From an uncultured virus (IMG/VR IMGVR_UViG_3300029305_009617) (taxonomy: Duplodnaviria > Heunggongvirae > Uroviricota > Caudoviricetes): a stretch of 64,000 bases of DNA. A model generated the notes under the pieces. That model was not told the origin of the DNA. It worked only from the letters and a program-made list of their open reading frames with translations, and made no database searches. The stretch lies in the IMG/VR virus record IMGVR_UViG_3300029305_009617, one strand, 5' to 3'. The position numbers were made by a program, and so were the translations under genes. The first letter of the stretch is position 1. Each line of letters opens with the position of its first letter. Below are positions 40,298-51,798 of this stretch, one piece after another.

Positions 40298-41410
40298 ATG
40301 TATAATCGAATACATACACAAAACACGTTTTCCCGGACAATGGATAATGCGCAAAAGATGGGTGCTTACTACACTGATTTAGCACATTGTAAATCCATAG
40401 GGGAAATGTTTCTGTTTCCGGAGGATAAGGAAGTAAGTGTGCTGGAACCATCTATTGGTGATGGAAAAGCGGTACTTACAGTCACCGGCGCAGAAGAAAA
40501 CCCCAATGTAAAGATATTTGGGGTGGAAGTCAATGACAAGGTTGCTTTAGAAGATATGGAAAATCCACTCTTTGAAGAAATCTTAGAAGCTGACTTTTTG
40601 GAGGGCGTGCGCATTAGAAATAATGCGTTTTCTTTTTGCTTTGGGAATCCGCCATACATTACGGATGACTTAGCAGAAGATGGCCCGGAACGCATGGAGA
40701 GGCAGTTTTTAGAGAAAGTGACAAACTATCTTACAAAGACTGGTTTAATTGCCTGGGTAATCCCTTACGGGATATTTGCTGATAACGGACACATGCGATT
40801 TTTATTAAACCACTATGAAATTTTAACTGTGTATAAATTCCGTGCGGAAGAATATGCAAAATTTCATCAAGTGGTTATTATTGCAAGAAAGAAGGATTCT
40901 ACTTTTGTATTAAAAGATGAAGTGGATGCAGCTTTAGTTAAGTATCAGTTTGAAAATCTTGAGGAGTTACCGGAACATCCGGTAGAGCGGTATGAGGTTG
41001 GAGAGTCTGATAGTAAGAAGATAACTCTTTTTTGCAAAAAAGAGTTCGATGTAAATGGTGCTTATGAAACACTGATGAACATCGAAGAGAATGATTCCCT
41101 TAGTGACCTGTATTCTTTTATGGATAAGGCACTGACAACGGATAAATATGTTGTAGGGGACATTGGAAATCCTCCAATTCCTTTAAAGAAGGATTCTTTG
41201 TACTTAATGGCAACAAGCGGTGCAGGAAGCGGACTTACGGGTGATGAAATAACACGTGATTTGCATTTGCAAAGAGGTGTGGCGGAAGTCATTGAAGAGT
41301 CTGATTTAAGAGAGGATGAAAAGGGTAATCCGGTAGAAGTTGTTACCAGCCGGACTAAAATTAGTATGACCGTAGTTCAGAATAATGGTCGAATTGATGT
41401 CTTAGAATAA
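40298..41410 (+). CDS. SAM-dependent amino (N6A/N4C) DNA methyltransferase
   Basis: YYTD, VLEPSIGDG and GNPPY motifs. Confidence 0.85.
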   Translation: MYNRIHTQNTFSRTMDNAQKMGAYYTDLAHCKSIGEMFLFPEDKEVSVLEPSIGDGKAVLTVTGAEENPNVKIFGVEVNDKVALEDMENPLFEEILEADFLEGVRIRNNAFSFCFGNPPYITDDLAEDGPERMERQFLEKVTNYLTKTGLIAWVIPYGIFADNGHMRFLLNHYEILTVYKFRAEEYAKFHQVVIIARKKDSTFVLKDEVDAALVKYQFENLEELPEHPVERYEVGESDSKKITLFCKKEFDVNGAYETLMNIEENDSLSDLYSFMDKALTTDKYVVGDIGNPPIPLKKDSLYLMATSGAGSGLTGDEITRDLHLQRGVAEVIEESDLREDEKGNPVEVVTSRTKISMTVVQNNGRIDVLE

Positions 41411-41430
41411 GACAAGAAAGGAGGTATCTG

Positions 41431-44400
41431 TTGATGTCAACAGATAGACGTATTTCTCCAGAGCGTGTCAATGCTGAGGGAGTAAGCGTATCGCTTGACT
41501 TTGTAATTAAGTCAAATGATGATAAAATAGTCTGCATGGGCTATTTTGACAGAGCTAAGGTAAAGGTAAAATCCATTGCCTGCAGCTTAGGTAAGAAAAC
41601 CATTCGAATTGGCTGGAGTAATTATAAGAGCCAGGACGAAGAATACAAAACGGTTTATAAGCCTGTTTCGATGGGGGGGGGTAGAGACCGGTTTGTCTAT
41701 GGCTTTTCTTATAATAAAGGACTTGGCAGTAAGTATCTGCTTACTACCAAAGAATTTATGCATGAGGATTTCTATGAGTTCCTTATGAAAAATTTTAAAG
41801 TCCCTCTTTTAAAAGAGTGGACACCGTATATTTTTGATTCTTTTAGTAGAGTCAATACAGTGATGAAGTGTGCAAGAGCTGGAAATTTTAAAAGTGTGAC
41901 CGGAAGAAAGCTTCCGATACATGGTAAGCCTACAGAACTTAAGGATATTATTCTTTTGGATGTAGAGCTTGTTAATAATGAATGCCTTACTGATGTCGTT
42001 TCAAGCGGACTAAAAAGTAAGGCTATTTTTATTTCCAGAAAGAAGCAGAATCCCCTTAATTTCTCATCTTTTGATGAGTATATAACAAATTATGGGGGAA
42101 GTATGGTAAAAAATCTGGAAGCTACCATTACCCCGCTGGTTCCGCTTAGTGGCGTGGTAGACAGTATTGCTCTGAAAACCAAACGTCTTTTTCCGCAGCA
42201 GGCAGCTTGTGTTAACGGGCTGATTGCCCTGAAGAATGCTAACCGTAAGTATGGATTTGCAATCGAAGGGATGGGATGCGGAAAGACCGTTCAAGGCGGT
42301 GCGGTTGTTGATGGATATTTTAACCAGAAATGGCTTAATGCACATCCCGAACACTCCCTGAAAGATTTATACCAGAATGATACGGTAGGTTACCGGAATA
42401 TCGTAATGGCGCCATCACATTTGGTTGAAAAATGGAAGCAGGAAATATTAAAAGAAGTGCCAAACGCCAAAGCATATATATTGGATGACTTTTCTAAGTT
42501 GTTAGATATACGTGAAGGCGGAAAGGAGAGAACTGGACGTGAATGGTATCTGATTTCAAAGGACACCGCAAAGCTGGGTAGTCTTTATAGTCCAATTCCA
42601 ACAAATGTTGGTAGGAAATTTCCAAAACTTGTGTATTGTAAAGATTGTCTGGAATCACGTAATAAGATTGTTCCTAAGCGTGGAAAGGGTAACGCAAGCT
42701 ATTGCCCTGACTGTGGATCTAGGAATATGGCATCTTGTGATGAAAAGTCCTATGGCAGGATGTATGGGATGCTGTGTCCGGAATGTGGAGAACTATTAAT
42801 TAATCCAACTTCAAAATATGGGGTTGGTATTATAGAAGAGCCGCAGAACATGGTGCTGCGACCACATGACTTTGCAAGCCGTAATACCGCAAACAGTGTA
42901 TGTTACCATTGCGGAGCGCAATTGTGGGGCGTTGACTGTAAGCCTGTTGATAATGGACTTGGAGAATATAAGCGTCCAAAACCAATGTGGTATAAAATAT
43001 CACATTGGAAAAACCATACCAAAAAGACAAAACAGACAGCTTTCGTTTTGCGTGGCAAGGAACAGGGGTATCTTACTCTTAAAAACTTGCATGAGGGCGA
43101 TTATGAGGTCGTTGCCAGAGAGTATGGTCCTAGAAAATTTGCACCTGCATTATTTATTAAAAAGTATCTGAAAGGATACTTTGATTTCTGTCTTCTTGAT
43201 GAAGCGCATAAGTATGAAGGTGCCGGTACTGCCCAGGCAAATGCAGCGCATGCGTTGATGAAAGTTAGTGACTTTACGCTGTGTTTAACGGGTACCATTA
43301 CAAACGGAAAAGCAGACAGCTTTTTTTATCTGTTATATATGCTGGACCCTAGACGAATGAAAAAGATGGGGTTTGCGTATACCGATGTAGTGGAATTTTC
43401 AAGAAGGTACGGGACAGTTGAAACGGTTTATGAAGCAGACGGTGCTTCTGAATATAATGCTGCCTCAAGAGGCAGAGTATTACAGAGTCCACGAGTAAAG
43501 CCAGGCATATCGCCTGTTTTATTTATGGACTTTTTGCTTGATTGCTCCGTTTTCTTGGATTTGTCAGATTTAGCAAAACATTTGCCAAGTTTGACAGAGG
43601 AGGTGGAACTGCTGCCGCTTCCAGATGATGTGTATGGTTCCTATAGTCGTACGATTGGTACATTAAAAGAGGCGTTACATTCAAAAGAAGGAGCAGGTAT
43701 GTTGTCCGCCATATTGCAATTTGGTCTTTCATATCCGGATAAACCCTATGGCAGGAAACCGCTTGTTTCTCCCTATGTGGAGGACTGTGTTGTGGCTGCT
43801 ATTGAGAACTTTGAAGAGTATGCAACTCCGGATATTCTTACGCCGAAAGAGGAACGGTTATGCGAAATCGTAAGGGAAGAGCTTGCGCATAATAGGAATT
43901 GTTTTGTGTATTGTTCTTATACCGGAGATGGAGAAACCAATGTTACTTACAGGCTGCAAGAGTTGATTGAGAAAAATTGCAATTTAAAAGGACAGGTACA
44001 GATTCTGCAGTCATCTTCTCCGCCACCGCAAAAGCGTGAAGAATGGATTAAACAGAAGGCAAATCAGGGAATCCGTGTATTTATATGTAATCCAAAATGC
44101 GTGGAAACCGGACTCGACTTTTGTTTTGATTATCATGGAAAGCATTTTAACTATCCAACACTTATCTTTTATCAGGTTAGTTATGAGTTATCAGTGATGT
44201 GGCAGGCAAGCAGACGCGCGTACCGATTAAACCAGACAGAGGATTGTAAAGTCATTTATATGGCTTATGAAAATACTCTGCAGGCAGCAGCACTGGAAAT
44301 TATGGCAGAAAAGCAGGCAGCAGCTTCAGCAATTCAGGGCAAGTTCTCTGTGGATGGCTTAACAGCAATGGCAAAGGGAATCGACCCTAGAGTGAAGCTT

Positions 44401-44862
44401 GCACAGAAACTGTCTAGAAATGATACTTCGGACAGAAATGTTATCGTTGGTATGTTTGATGCCATGAATAAAGCCAATCAGGATGTATCGGAAGATGCAG
44501 TTTATGCAAATGCAAAGACGGCTATTACATACTATGAACTGATGGGTATTACACAGGAAGATGAAATGTTATCAGGTCAAAAAGACCTTGAGTTATTCGA
44601 CATTACATTTGACTTTGTAAAGGAACAGGAGAAAGAGGAAGAGGTAATAGAACAAACCATTTTACAGACTACTTCTGTCCTTGAGGAAAGAGAAGAAGAT
44701 GATATATTTGCTTCATTCTTTGAAGTGTTTGATAGTGTTGTTTCTTCAGACACTTCCAGTAAAGCAGACGAATCAGTTCCTGCTTTATCAAAGCCGAAGA
44801 ATAAAAAGAAAAAAGATAGCAGCGTAGAGCCAATGTCTTTATTTGATATTCTTAGTGCTTAA
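41431..44862 (+). CDS. SNF2/SF2-like helicase with Zn-ribbon insert
   Basis: MGCGKT, DEAH, LTGT and QASRRAYR motifs; four CxxC. Confidence 0.85.
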   Translation: MMSTDRRISPERVNAEGVSVSLDFVIKSNDDKIVCMGYFDRAKVKVKSIACSLGKKTIRIGWSNYKSQDEEYKTVYKPVSMGGGRDRFVYGFSYNKGLGSKYLLTTKEFMHEDFYEFLMKNFKVPLLKEWTPYIFDSFSRVNTVMKCARAGNFKSVTGRKLPIHGKPTELKDIILLDVELVNNECLTDVVSSGLKSKAIFISRKKQNPLNFSSFDEYITNYGGSMVKNLEATITPLVPLSGVVDSIALKTKRLFPQQAACVNGLIALKNANRKYGFAIEGMGCGKTVQGGAVVDGYFNQKWLNAHPEHSLKDLYQNDTVGYRNIVMAPSHLVEKWKQEILKEVPNAKAYILDDFSKLLDIREGGKERTGREWYLISKDTAKLGSLYSPIPTNVGRKFPKLVYCKDCLESRNKIVPKRGKGNASYCPDCGSRNMASCDEKSYGRMYGMLCPECGELLINPTSKYGVGIIEEPQNMVLRPHDFASRNTANSVCYHCGAQLWGVDCKPVDNGLGEYKRPKPMWYKISHWKNHTKKTKQTAFVLRGKEQGYLTLKNLHEGDYEVVAREYGPRKFAPALFIKKYLKGYFDFCLLDEAHKYEGAGTAQANAAHALMKVSDFTLCLTGTITNGKADSFFYLLYMLDPRRMKKMGFAYTDVVEFSRRYGTVETVYEADGASEYNAASRGRVLQSPRVKPGISPVLFMDFLLDCSVFLDLSDLAKHLPSLTEEVELLPLPDDVYGSYSRTIGTLKEALHSKEGAGMLSAILQFGLSYPDKPYGRKPLVSPYVEDCVVAAIENFEEYATPDILTPKEERLCEIVREELAHNRNCFVYCSYTGDGETNVTYRLQELIEKNCNLKGQVQILQSSSPPPQKREEWIKQKANQGIRVFICNPKCVETGLDFCFDYHGKHFNYPTLIFYQVSYELSVMWQASRRAYRLNQTEDCKVIYMAYENTLQAAALEIMAEKQAAASAIQGKFSVDGLTAMAKGIDPRVKLAQKLSRNDTSDRNVIVGMFDAMNKANQDVSEDAVYANAKTAITYYELMGITQEDEMLSGQKDLELFDITFDFVKEQEKEEEVIEQTILQTTSVLEEREEDDIFASFFEVFDSVVSSDTSSKADESVPALSKPKNKKKKDSSVEPMSLFDILSA

Positions 44863-44960
44863 TGAGAGCACTCGGCTCTTACAATTTCATATTGAAAAGG
44901 GACTCTTCGGAGTCCTTAGAAACTATAAAAACTGTAAAAAATAAAAAGGAGGTTCTTATT

Positions 44961-46250
44961 ATGAGAACATATTTTGAAGCTAAAGATTTTATGAATTTAA
45001 AAAACGTGATATCAACAATTTCAGCAAAAGATGCGATAGTTTCTTTTACCTTTGGTGTAAAAGCGGTAGAAGACAGAATTGCAAATATATGTAAGGTGCT
45101 TGCAGGCACTGAGCAGCTGCATATTCAGTTTACTTCATTAAAGCCGGAAGATTTTACTGCGCCGGTGGCCGTACATTTTAAGGCAAAAGAACTGTTAAGT
45201 GTAATGGGTTCCTTAGCTGCTTTTAATGACAGGGTATATTTTGAGCCTGTCAGCGGTGGTTGTGATATTGGCATCGATGATAGCGCTAATATCAAAGTGC
45301 CTACTCTTGGAACAGAAAATATCCCACAGGAAATTGTGCCGGATAAGACAAAAGTCTGCTTACAGTTTACGGCCAGTGCTAATCAGTTTTCAGAGGCATT
45401 AACTGCCGGCATGGGCTTTACCGGGGATATGAACGGTCTTGAAAATGTAGCGCTTTTCTTTGCTAATGTTTTAGCAGAAGAAGAAAAGGTTCCGGCAACG
45501 GTAAAAGTGTGTTCTACAGATGGATACAGGATTGGAAGAGGACAGTCACCTATTGTGATTGTTAATAAAGAACAGGTTTTAAATAATCGTAAAGAAACTT
45601 GTAAAGATGGCGTAATGGTAGTTCCAATGCCTAAGAACAACCTTTCAAATCTGTGTAAACTTTTATCCATGTGTAAAGACTGTATGGTGGCTGTTTCTGA
45701 TAAACATGTTTCCGTGGGGATTGGAAGAACCATTCTTTATACATTTGTAAGGGCACCGAAGGTAACCAGTATTTTTAAACATTTAGAAACTTGGATTGCC
45801 AGTCCGAAAGCCATTCAGCTTGTTTTTGATTCAGAAATGCTTAAGCAGAAAGTAGACTTATTAAATACAGCGATAAAACTGTATGAAGAAAAGAAACCAG
45901 TACGTTTCTTTATTCAAAAAGATAAGGTACGTATTGGTTTGGATGCTTCGAATGCTGCTATGGTTGACATTACTCCGGTAGCTTCTGAAATTTCACAGGA
46001 ACTGGAAGTGAATTTTAATGGAGAATATTTATCAAGTGTTATTACTGCTTTGAAAAAAGGCAACCTTAGGATTTCTTTTATACAGGATGAAAACATAAGG
46101 AAAACACCAGTTGAATTTTCAAATGGTGACCTTGAAAAAATGGCAGAAAACTCTTCGGTTATATACATGACACCTGTTAAGGATTATGAAGCTCCTGCAC
46201 CAAAAGAAGCAGAATCAGAAACTGAAACAGACGGCGTTTCAGAAGAATAG
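44961..46250 (+). CDS. DNA polymerase III beta sliding clamp-like protein
   Basis: STDGYRI, NFNGEYL and C-terminal MTPV resemble DnaN signatures; AAGGAGG RBS. Confidence 0.65.
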   Translation: MRTYFEAKDFMNLKNVISTISAKDAIVSFTFGVKAVEDRIANICKVLAGTEQLHIQFTSLKPEDFTAPVAVHFKAKELLSVMGSLAAFNDRVYFEPVSGGCDIGIDDSANIKVPTLGTENIPQEIVPDKTKVCLQFTASANQFSEALTAGMGFTGDMNGLENVALFFANVLAEEEKVPATVKVCSTDGYRIGRGQSPIVIVNKEQVLNNRKETCKDGVMVVPMPKNNLSNLCKLLSMCKDCMVAVSDKHVSVGIGRTILYTFVRAPKVTSIFKHLETWIASPKAIQLVFDSEMLKQKVDLLNTAIKLYEEKKPVRFFIQKDKVRIGLDASNAAMVDITPVASEISQELEVNFNGEYLSSVITALKKGNLRISFIQDENIRKTPVEFSNGDLEKMAENSSVIYMTPVKDYEAPAPKEAESETETDGVSEE

Positions 46251-46260
46251 AATCTTTGTT

Positions 46261-46293
46261 AAAAGGCGGTAGGTTTAACCTGCTGCCTTTTTT
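46261..46293 (+). terminator. Intrinsic terminator
   Basis: AAAAGGCGGTAGG-tttaa-CCTGCTGCCTTTTTT. Confidence 0.75.
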
Positions 46294-46317
46294 ATTAAAA
46301 AAGGAGGTATTCGTAGA

Positions 46318-47256
46318 ATGAGAAAATACGGATTAAGCGAGTTTAAAGAAAAACTCGTCACAGAAGTGAATGCATTTTTGGAAGAAAGTAAATGCGGTTA
46401 TCGGGCTGCTATAGAAACGCTTTCTGTAAATGGAACGGAAAAAAAGATTGTCGCATTTAATGAGCTATCAAACAATACGTCTGAAGAAGTTTTGAACTCT
46501 AATGTTTTTGTTGAGTTAGAAACATTATATGACTGTTACTTAAATGGATATTCCATTTTTGGGATTGTGGCGTCTGTTGTAGAAAAGTTTCTTAGCAAGC
46601 TGGAAAAAAGTCGCATAATATTGGAGCATTTTAAAAAGCTTACAAGAGAAGATGTTTTAAGAGATATCTCCGTGCGATTACTTCCGGGAGATGTAAGAAC
46701 GCAGAACGGATTTTCATATGTCAGAAACTGGAATGGCTTATCTGTTGCATTATATGTCGACATGAAAAAATTGGGCGGCAGTCTGTGTTTAACGGATGAA
46801 CTTCTTAGATGGTATGATATCTCTGCAGATGAAGCTTTTTCACTTGCGTTTGCAAAAGTAAAAGAAGAAGAGTATCAGTTGTTTGATTTTAAGTCTTTAA
46901 ATATCCAGATGATGAAGGGATATGAGCCACAAATTCCGGAAGAAGAACTAAAACATATGTATATCTATACCAGTTTAGAAGGTTATTATGGAACGAAAAT
47001 GGTTTTTAATACAGAACCATTAAAGGAACTGGCGGAAAAATTGGACAGTGACTTATATTTATGTTCTTCTACTGTTCATGAGTGGCTTATTTTTTCTGTG
47101 AAGGAGTTACCTTTATTAAATGTAATAGAGGTCCATAAGAGAATGCAGAGGGTTATGAAGCAAGAAGAATTGCTCTCTGATAGTGTTTATATCTACAAAC
47201 GTGATTTTGATACTATTGGTCAAATTTCTTTGATGAAAATGGAAAAGGAGGTGTAG
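46318..47256 (+). CDS. DUF5688-like protein
   Basis: LAEKLDSDLYLCSSTVHEW and LSDSVYIY motifs. Confidence 0.6.
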   Translation: MRKYGLSEFKEKLVTEVNAFLEESKCGYRAAIETLSVNGTEKKIVAFNELSNNTSEEVLNSNVFVELETLYDCYLNGYSIFGIVASVVEKFLSKLEKSRIILEHFKKLTREDVLRDISVRLLPGDVRTQNGFSYVRNWNGLSVALYVDMKKLGGSLCLTDELLRWYDISADEAFSLAFAKVKEEEYQLFDFKSLNIQMMKGYEPQIPEEELKHMYIYTSLEGYYGTKMVFNTEPLKELAEKLDSDLYLCSSTVHEWLIFSVKELPLLNVIEVHKRMQRVMKQEELLSDSVYIYKRDFDTIGQISLMKMEKEV

Positions 47257-47262
47257 TTTATA

Positions 47263-49843
47263 ATGAAAGTTCCATTTAAGACTACAAAAGATTTATTTGA
47301 AGAAGTTACAGGCAACATTACGTTGCCTGTTCATACAGACTATGCACTTGCAGACAAAGCTATCGAACTTTATGATACGGATTTTTCTGTATCCGGGAAA
47401 GTGGATTATGGCAGTTCGGAAGGAATTTATCTTGACCTGATGATTGAAGGCTGTTTTGGCCCAGATAATGAGTATCGCAGGGAAAGTCTTGGCACCATTA
47501 AGACATTAAGTGATTCTGATGAAGCATACCGGGATTTTTGTAATCTGACAGCAGATTTTGTATTTGGTGTTAGAACATACAAACAGGAACATAGAGATGA
47601 ACTGATTCGTAAAGGCTTTCGCATCAGAAAAAAAGATAGCAATGCGAAAAAATATGTTTATACGGCAAGTGAAGCATATGAGTATGCAAAAAAAGGATTG
47701 GAAGTATTTGATTGCTTGAATCAACAATATATTGAAGAGGAGGAATAAAGATGGGATTTTTTTCATGGAAATATGCGGACGTGCCACAGAGACTTATATG
47801 TGGTAAAGAAGGATATTTAATTCTTCCGGATAATTCCTATTATCATACCCAGTTTTATGATGGGCATGGCAACTTTGGTTCAGTGGATGTTTTCGAAGTA
47901 GTGCTTGACATGAATAGGGAGCATTTAAACTCAAAGATGCTTACTATCCCTTGTTACGAGGATTGTGTATGGGATGGAAATGAGGAACGTTTTGAGCGGG
48001 CAATAAAACAGTATATGTTTCTGTGTAAATGTTTAAAAGCATATCGAAACGGCGCTTCTGATACTGAGATGGAAATACTTTATGGCAGTGAAGATTGGAA
48101 ACGGGAATTGGGAATAGCTATTGCATGTTATGATGAGCAAAACAGAAACTTGCCTTTTCCGATCAAAATCACATCAAAGCCGGTTTCATATGATTCAGTT
48201 TCATATTCAAAAAAAGACCCGAAACAGGGTTGTTATTGAAGGTCATGAAGGCTTTGGTTGCATGAATCAATGTATCGTTAAAAAGGAGAATAATATATGG
48301 AAAAGAAAAAAGAGCAAAAGACATTCCATCATGAAAAAGGCTCTATCATTCTTGAACCGGATAATTCGTTATATTACATTATCGAAAGAACGGATTATTA
48401 TGAAGTCGATTCTACTTTAGAAACTTGCTCATATGAGGCCAATGAACGACTTATCCAACATGTTAATTCGTTACTTGATAAACTTACGATTGAAGAGCAG
48501 AAATTTCTTTTGCATGAATGTGTGACGGATGCAAAAGAATTAACTGAAAAAATGTGCGAAGCAGGATATTTTAAAGAGATTACTACATTTCGCAGTCAGG
48601 TAAAAAATATGTCAAGTGAAAGAGTACGAGAACTTTGTTTGGCTATAAAGTTCACCAAAAGTTTTAATTGTTATCTTTGTTACATGTTGTCAGATGATTG
48701 GAAGATGAGCTTTGATTCTGAAGAGGAAAGACTTGCATTCCGATTTTAAGAAAATAAATGGAACGCTGAAGAGGTAATAATATATGAATCGTGAATTGAA
48801 CAAAGGTATTGCAAATGACATTTCGGAATGCGAATGGAGAACTGCTGTTTTAGAAGCATATAAAGAATACGAACATGAGGGAACCTTTATAAATGCATAC
48901 AAATGCGAGGAACTGTATTTCGTACATGGAGAACTGGATATTTATTGCTTTGATTGCAATTTCCACATGTTATGGAAATTCTCAGCAAGAGATATCTTTG
49001 CTACCGTGGATGGAACTAATGCATTTGAAATAAAAGATAATTATCTTTTATTAAGAGATTTTGAAGGATATACCTATTTCGTAGATTTTAACGGAAAAGT
49101 TATCAATGAATATGCTCCAGATGCGAAATGAAGACAGTGTGGGGTAAGTTGCTCACATTGCCTGAATGCAAGCTAAGAAAGATGAAGAGGAATATCTATG
49201 TTAACATTAGCAAATTTTTCGCCAATGAACAGAACAAAGAATATCGGAAATAGCATGTATAGAATCAGTAATACAGAGCCGATTAATGGAACTGGACAGT
49301 GGTATATTCATGAAACATATAATGACGGAAAGGATTGGAGCGGTTTTAATGCTCATCACAATAATGAACTGCAAGCCGTTATTGATGTGTTTAATGGTAT
49401 TACAAAAGAAAAAGAGGTTGTTTCTTTAAAACATTAAGCCGTGCATTTGCCGGTAAATAAATATTGATAAACCGTCCTTACGTGGGATTGGCTGCTATGG
49501 CAGTTGCTGATGCAGACGTACTAATCCCACGTTATAGGGATTGAAAAAAATACCTATGATTATTGGAGGAAATAAAATGTTTATTAGAACTCAGAAAAAA
49601 GGATGTATTTTAAATATAGAAGATTTTAAAAAAATTTCTATCGTAGAATTCTATGTTTCAGAAGAAGAACGCAATGCAAATAAAAATGCATTATTTTCTA
49701 TTTGTGTAAAGGATAAAGATGGAGAGGAGTATACCGTTGGTATTTATTCCACAGACGTACTGGCAATTACAGTTGTAGATATGTTGTGCTCCTTTATTGA
49801 TGGAGAGTATGATACGAATATTTTCACAATGCCAATTGAATGA
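47263..49843 (+). other. Cluster of hypothetical genes (47263-47748, 47751-48239, 48297-48749, 48784-49131, 49198-49437, ~49577-49843)
   Basis: Co-oriented ORFs, each with a GGAG/GAGG RBS; no recognisable motifs. Confidence 0.6.
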
Positions 49844-50459
49844 CGCTGTAGAAATGCTGCACAAATAGATAATTGGAGTTGTTTAAAGACAAAGAACCGA
49901 TTAAAGAACTCTCTGCTTTTGAGTTTTAATTTTTTCATGGCAGCAGGCTATAAGAATGAAAAGGTGGTGTAGTTATGAAGAGAGTGCACTTTATTGGAAG
50001 TGGCTACGAGAGTGTAAAGTTTATTCATGTAGTAGCTGACACCGATGGGGAGGCAATATAAAGGGCAGAAAACTGGTATGTGACAACAGGTCAAACATTT
50101 GATTATATCGGAATCGAAGTTGATAAGTTTGCATAAGGTGAAGGTAAGTTATTCAATGGAATGATTCAAAGATGTTTGGCGCTGGGGAAGAAATGAAACT
50201 GTTTTTGAGCTTTTAAAATGAAATTCATAATGAATAGGTTATAAGGGCGCAAGCATATGCTGGCGTCCTTATAACTTTAAAAAGGAGTTGACTATTAATA
50301 ATTACAATGTGCTTGAAGAAATCGACAGATTAATGGAACAAGGCTATAGCGAAGAACATGCAGAAGAAGTTGCTATGCTGAATAATTATGATATTCCTTT
50401 AGAGGATATGCTCGATAACTAAAGAAACATATCTGGATATTTTTACAGGAGGTAAGAAG

Positions 50460-50801
50460 TTGGAAAAGATGTTTACGATTGACGACAAAAACGTGCCGTA
50501 TTTGGTTGCTAATGCAGGCGACTATTACAGAAAGATTGAAGGGTATACTCCGGATATGGTTGATTACATGATGGATTTTTGTTGGAAACAGACTTCCTTA
50601 ATCAATCAGATTATTGGTCTTAAGATTAGCTGTTATTTACTCCGGCATACAACAGGTATGTGTGAAAGTGTTCCTGATTGTTTGCGTGCCCTTAAGGATG
50701 ATTTAATAAAGCAGCTGAAGAAAAAATATGACTACGATTTTAAGGAGGCGGAAATGGAAGAATTAACGCGTCCTGAGAAGTCAGAAAGGGGTAATGTCTG
50801 A
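50460..50801 (+). CDS. Hypothetical protein
   Basis: AGGAGG RBS with TTG start. Confidence 0.55.
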   Translation: MEKMFTIDDKNVPYLVANAGDYYRKIEGYTPDMVDYMMDFCWKQTSLINQIIGLKISCYLLRHTTGMCESVPDCLRALKDDLIKQLKKKYDYDFKEAEMEELTRPEKSERGNV

Positions 50802-50999
50802 ATCCGTATAAATACGGTTATGTGTTGGGTTGAAAAAACATATATAAAACCATTGATAACAGCGTGAAAAGTGACGATGATAGTTGCCCTGCCTTCGAAA
50901 AGTGAACGAACAGCAGTACGTTGGTGGAAGCCTGTCAGAGCGAAGTAGCATGGGAGGACACGATGGGTATCCGCTTGTTGATTTTGACAAGTGGTAGGC

Positions 51000-51770
51000 A
51001 TGAAACACGTTTATTCATTATCCGGTGGAAAAGATTCGGTTGCTCTGGTTCTTAGAGCCATGGAACTAAAACTGCCTATGACACATGTGGTATTTTATGA
51101 TGCTGGCATGGAGTTTAAGGCTGTATATAAGGTGATAGATATGCTTCGGACTATGGTTGAAGCATATGGGGCAGAATTTATTGTCTTAAAGCCGGACACA
51201 AGCTTTTTATTTGAAATGCTTGTAAAACCCGTTAACTATGGGAAAGAAGGAGAACACTACGGTTATTCCTGGTGTGGTGGATGTACACGTTGGAGAACGA
51301 GTCATAAGGTGTCAAAGATACAATCATTTTTGGATACCTTAGGTGAGTATACCCAGTATATCGGCATTGCAGTAGATGAACCGGATAGGATTAAAGAAGA
51401 AAATGGTAAAGTTTATCCACTTGTAGAATGGAATTTTACGGAAGTTGATAGTTTAGCATATTGCTATGAAAAAGGCATTCACTGGTATGAAGAAACTTCC
51501 GTTACAGAAAGTGGCTATATCGACCTTTATACGATTCTTGACAGAGTTTCCTGTTTTTGCTGTTCGAATAAGAACCTAAAGGAACTCTATAATATGTATC
51601 ACTATTTTTATGATACTTATTGGGCGTATTTAAAGGGAATGCAGAGCCGCATCGCGTATCCATTTCGTAGTGATGGAAAGACCATTTTTGATTTGGAGTG
51701 TATGTTTATAAACCGTGATAAGAATCTGCCGATTGCTTTTGATTTGTCATGGTATGAAACATACAGTTAG
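51000..51770 (+). CDS. PAPS-reductase-family (PP-loop) protein 1
   Basis: SLSGGKDS, IGIAVDEPDR, YPL and RVSCFCC motifs. Confidence 0.8.
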   Translation: MKHVYSLSGGKDSVALVLRAMELKLPMTHVVFYDAGMEFKAVYKVIDMLRTMVEAYGAEFIVLKPDTSFLFEMLVKPVNYGKEGEHYGYSWCGGCTRWRTSHKVSKIQSFLDTLGEYTQYIGIAVDEPDRIKEENGKVYPLVEWNFTEVDSLAYCYEKGIHWYEETSVTESGYIDLYTILDRVSCFCCSNKNLKELYNMYHYFYDTYWAYLKGMQSRIAYPFRSDGKTIFDLECMFINRDKNLPIAFDLSWYETYS

Positions 51771-51798
51771 GATAAATATTTAGAAAAGGAGATACGTC

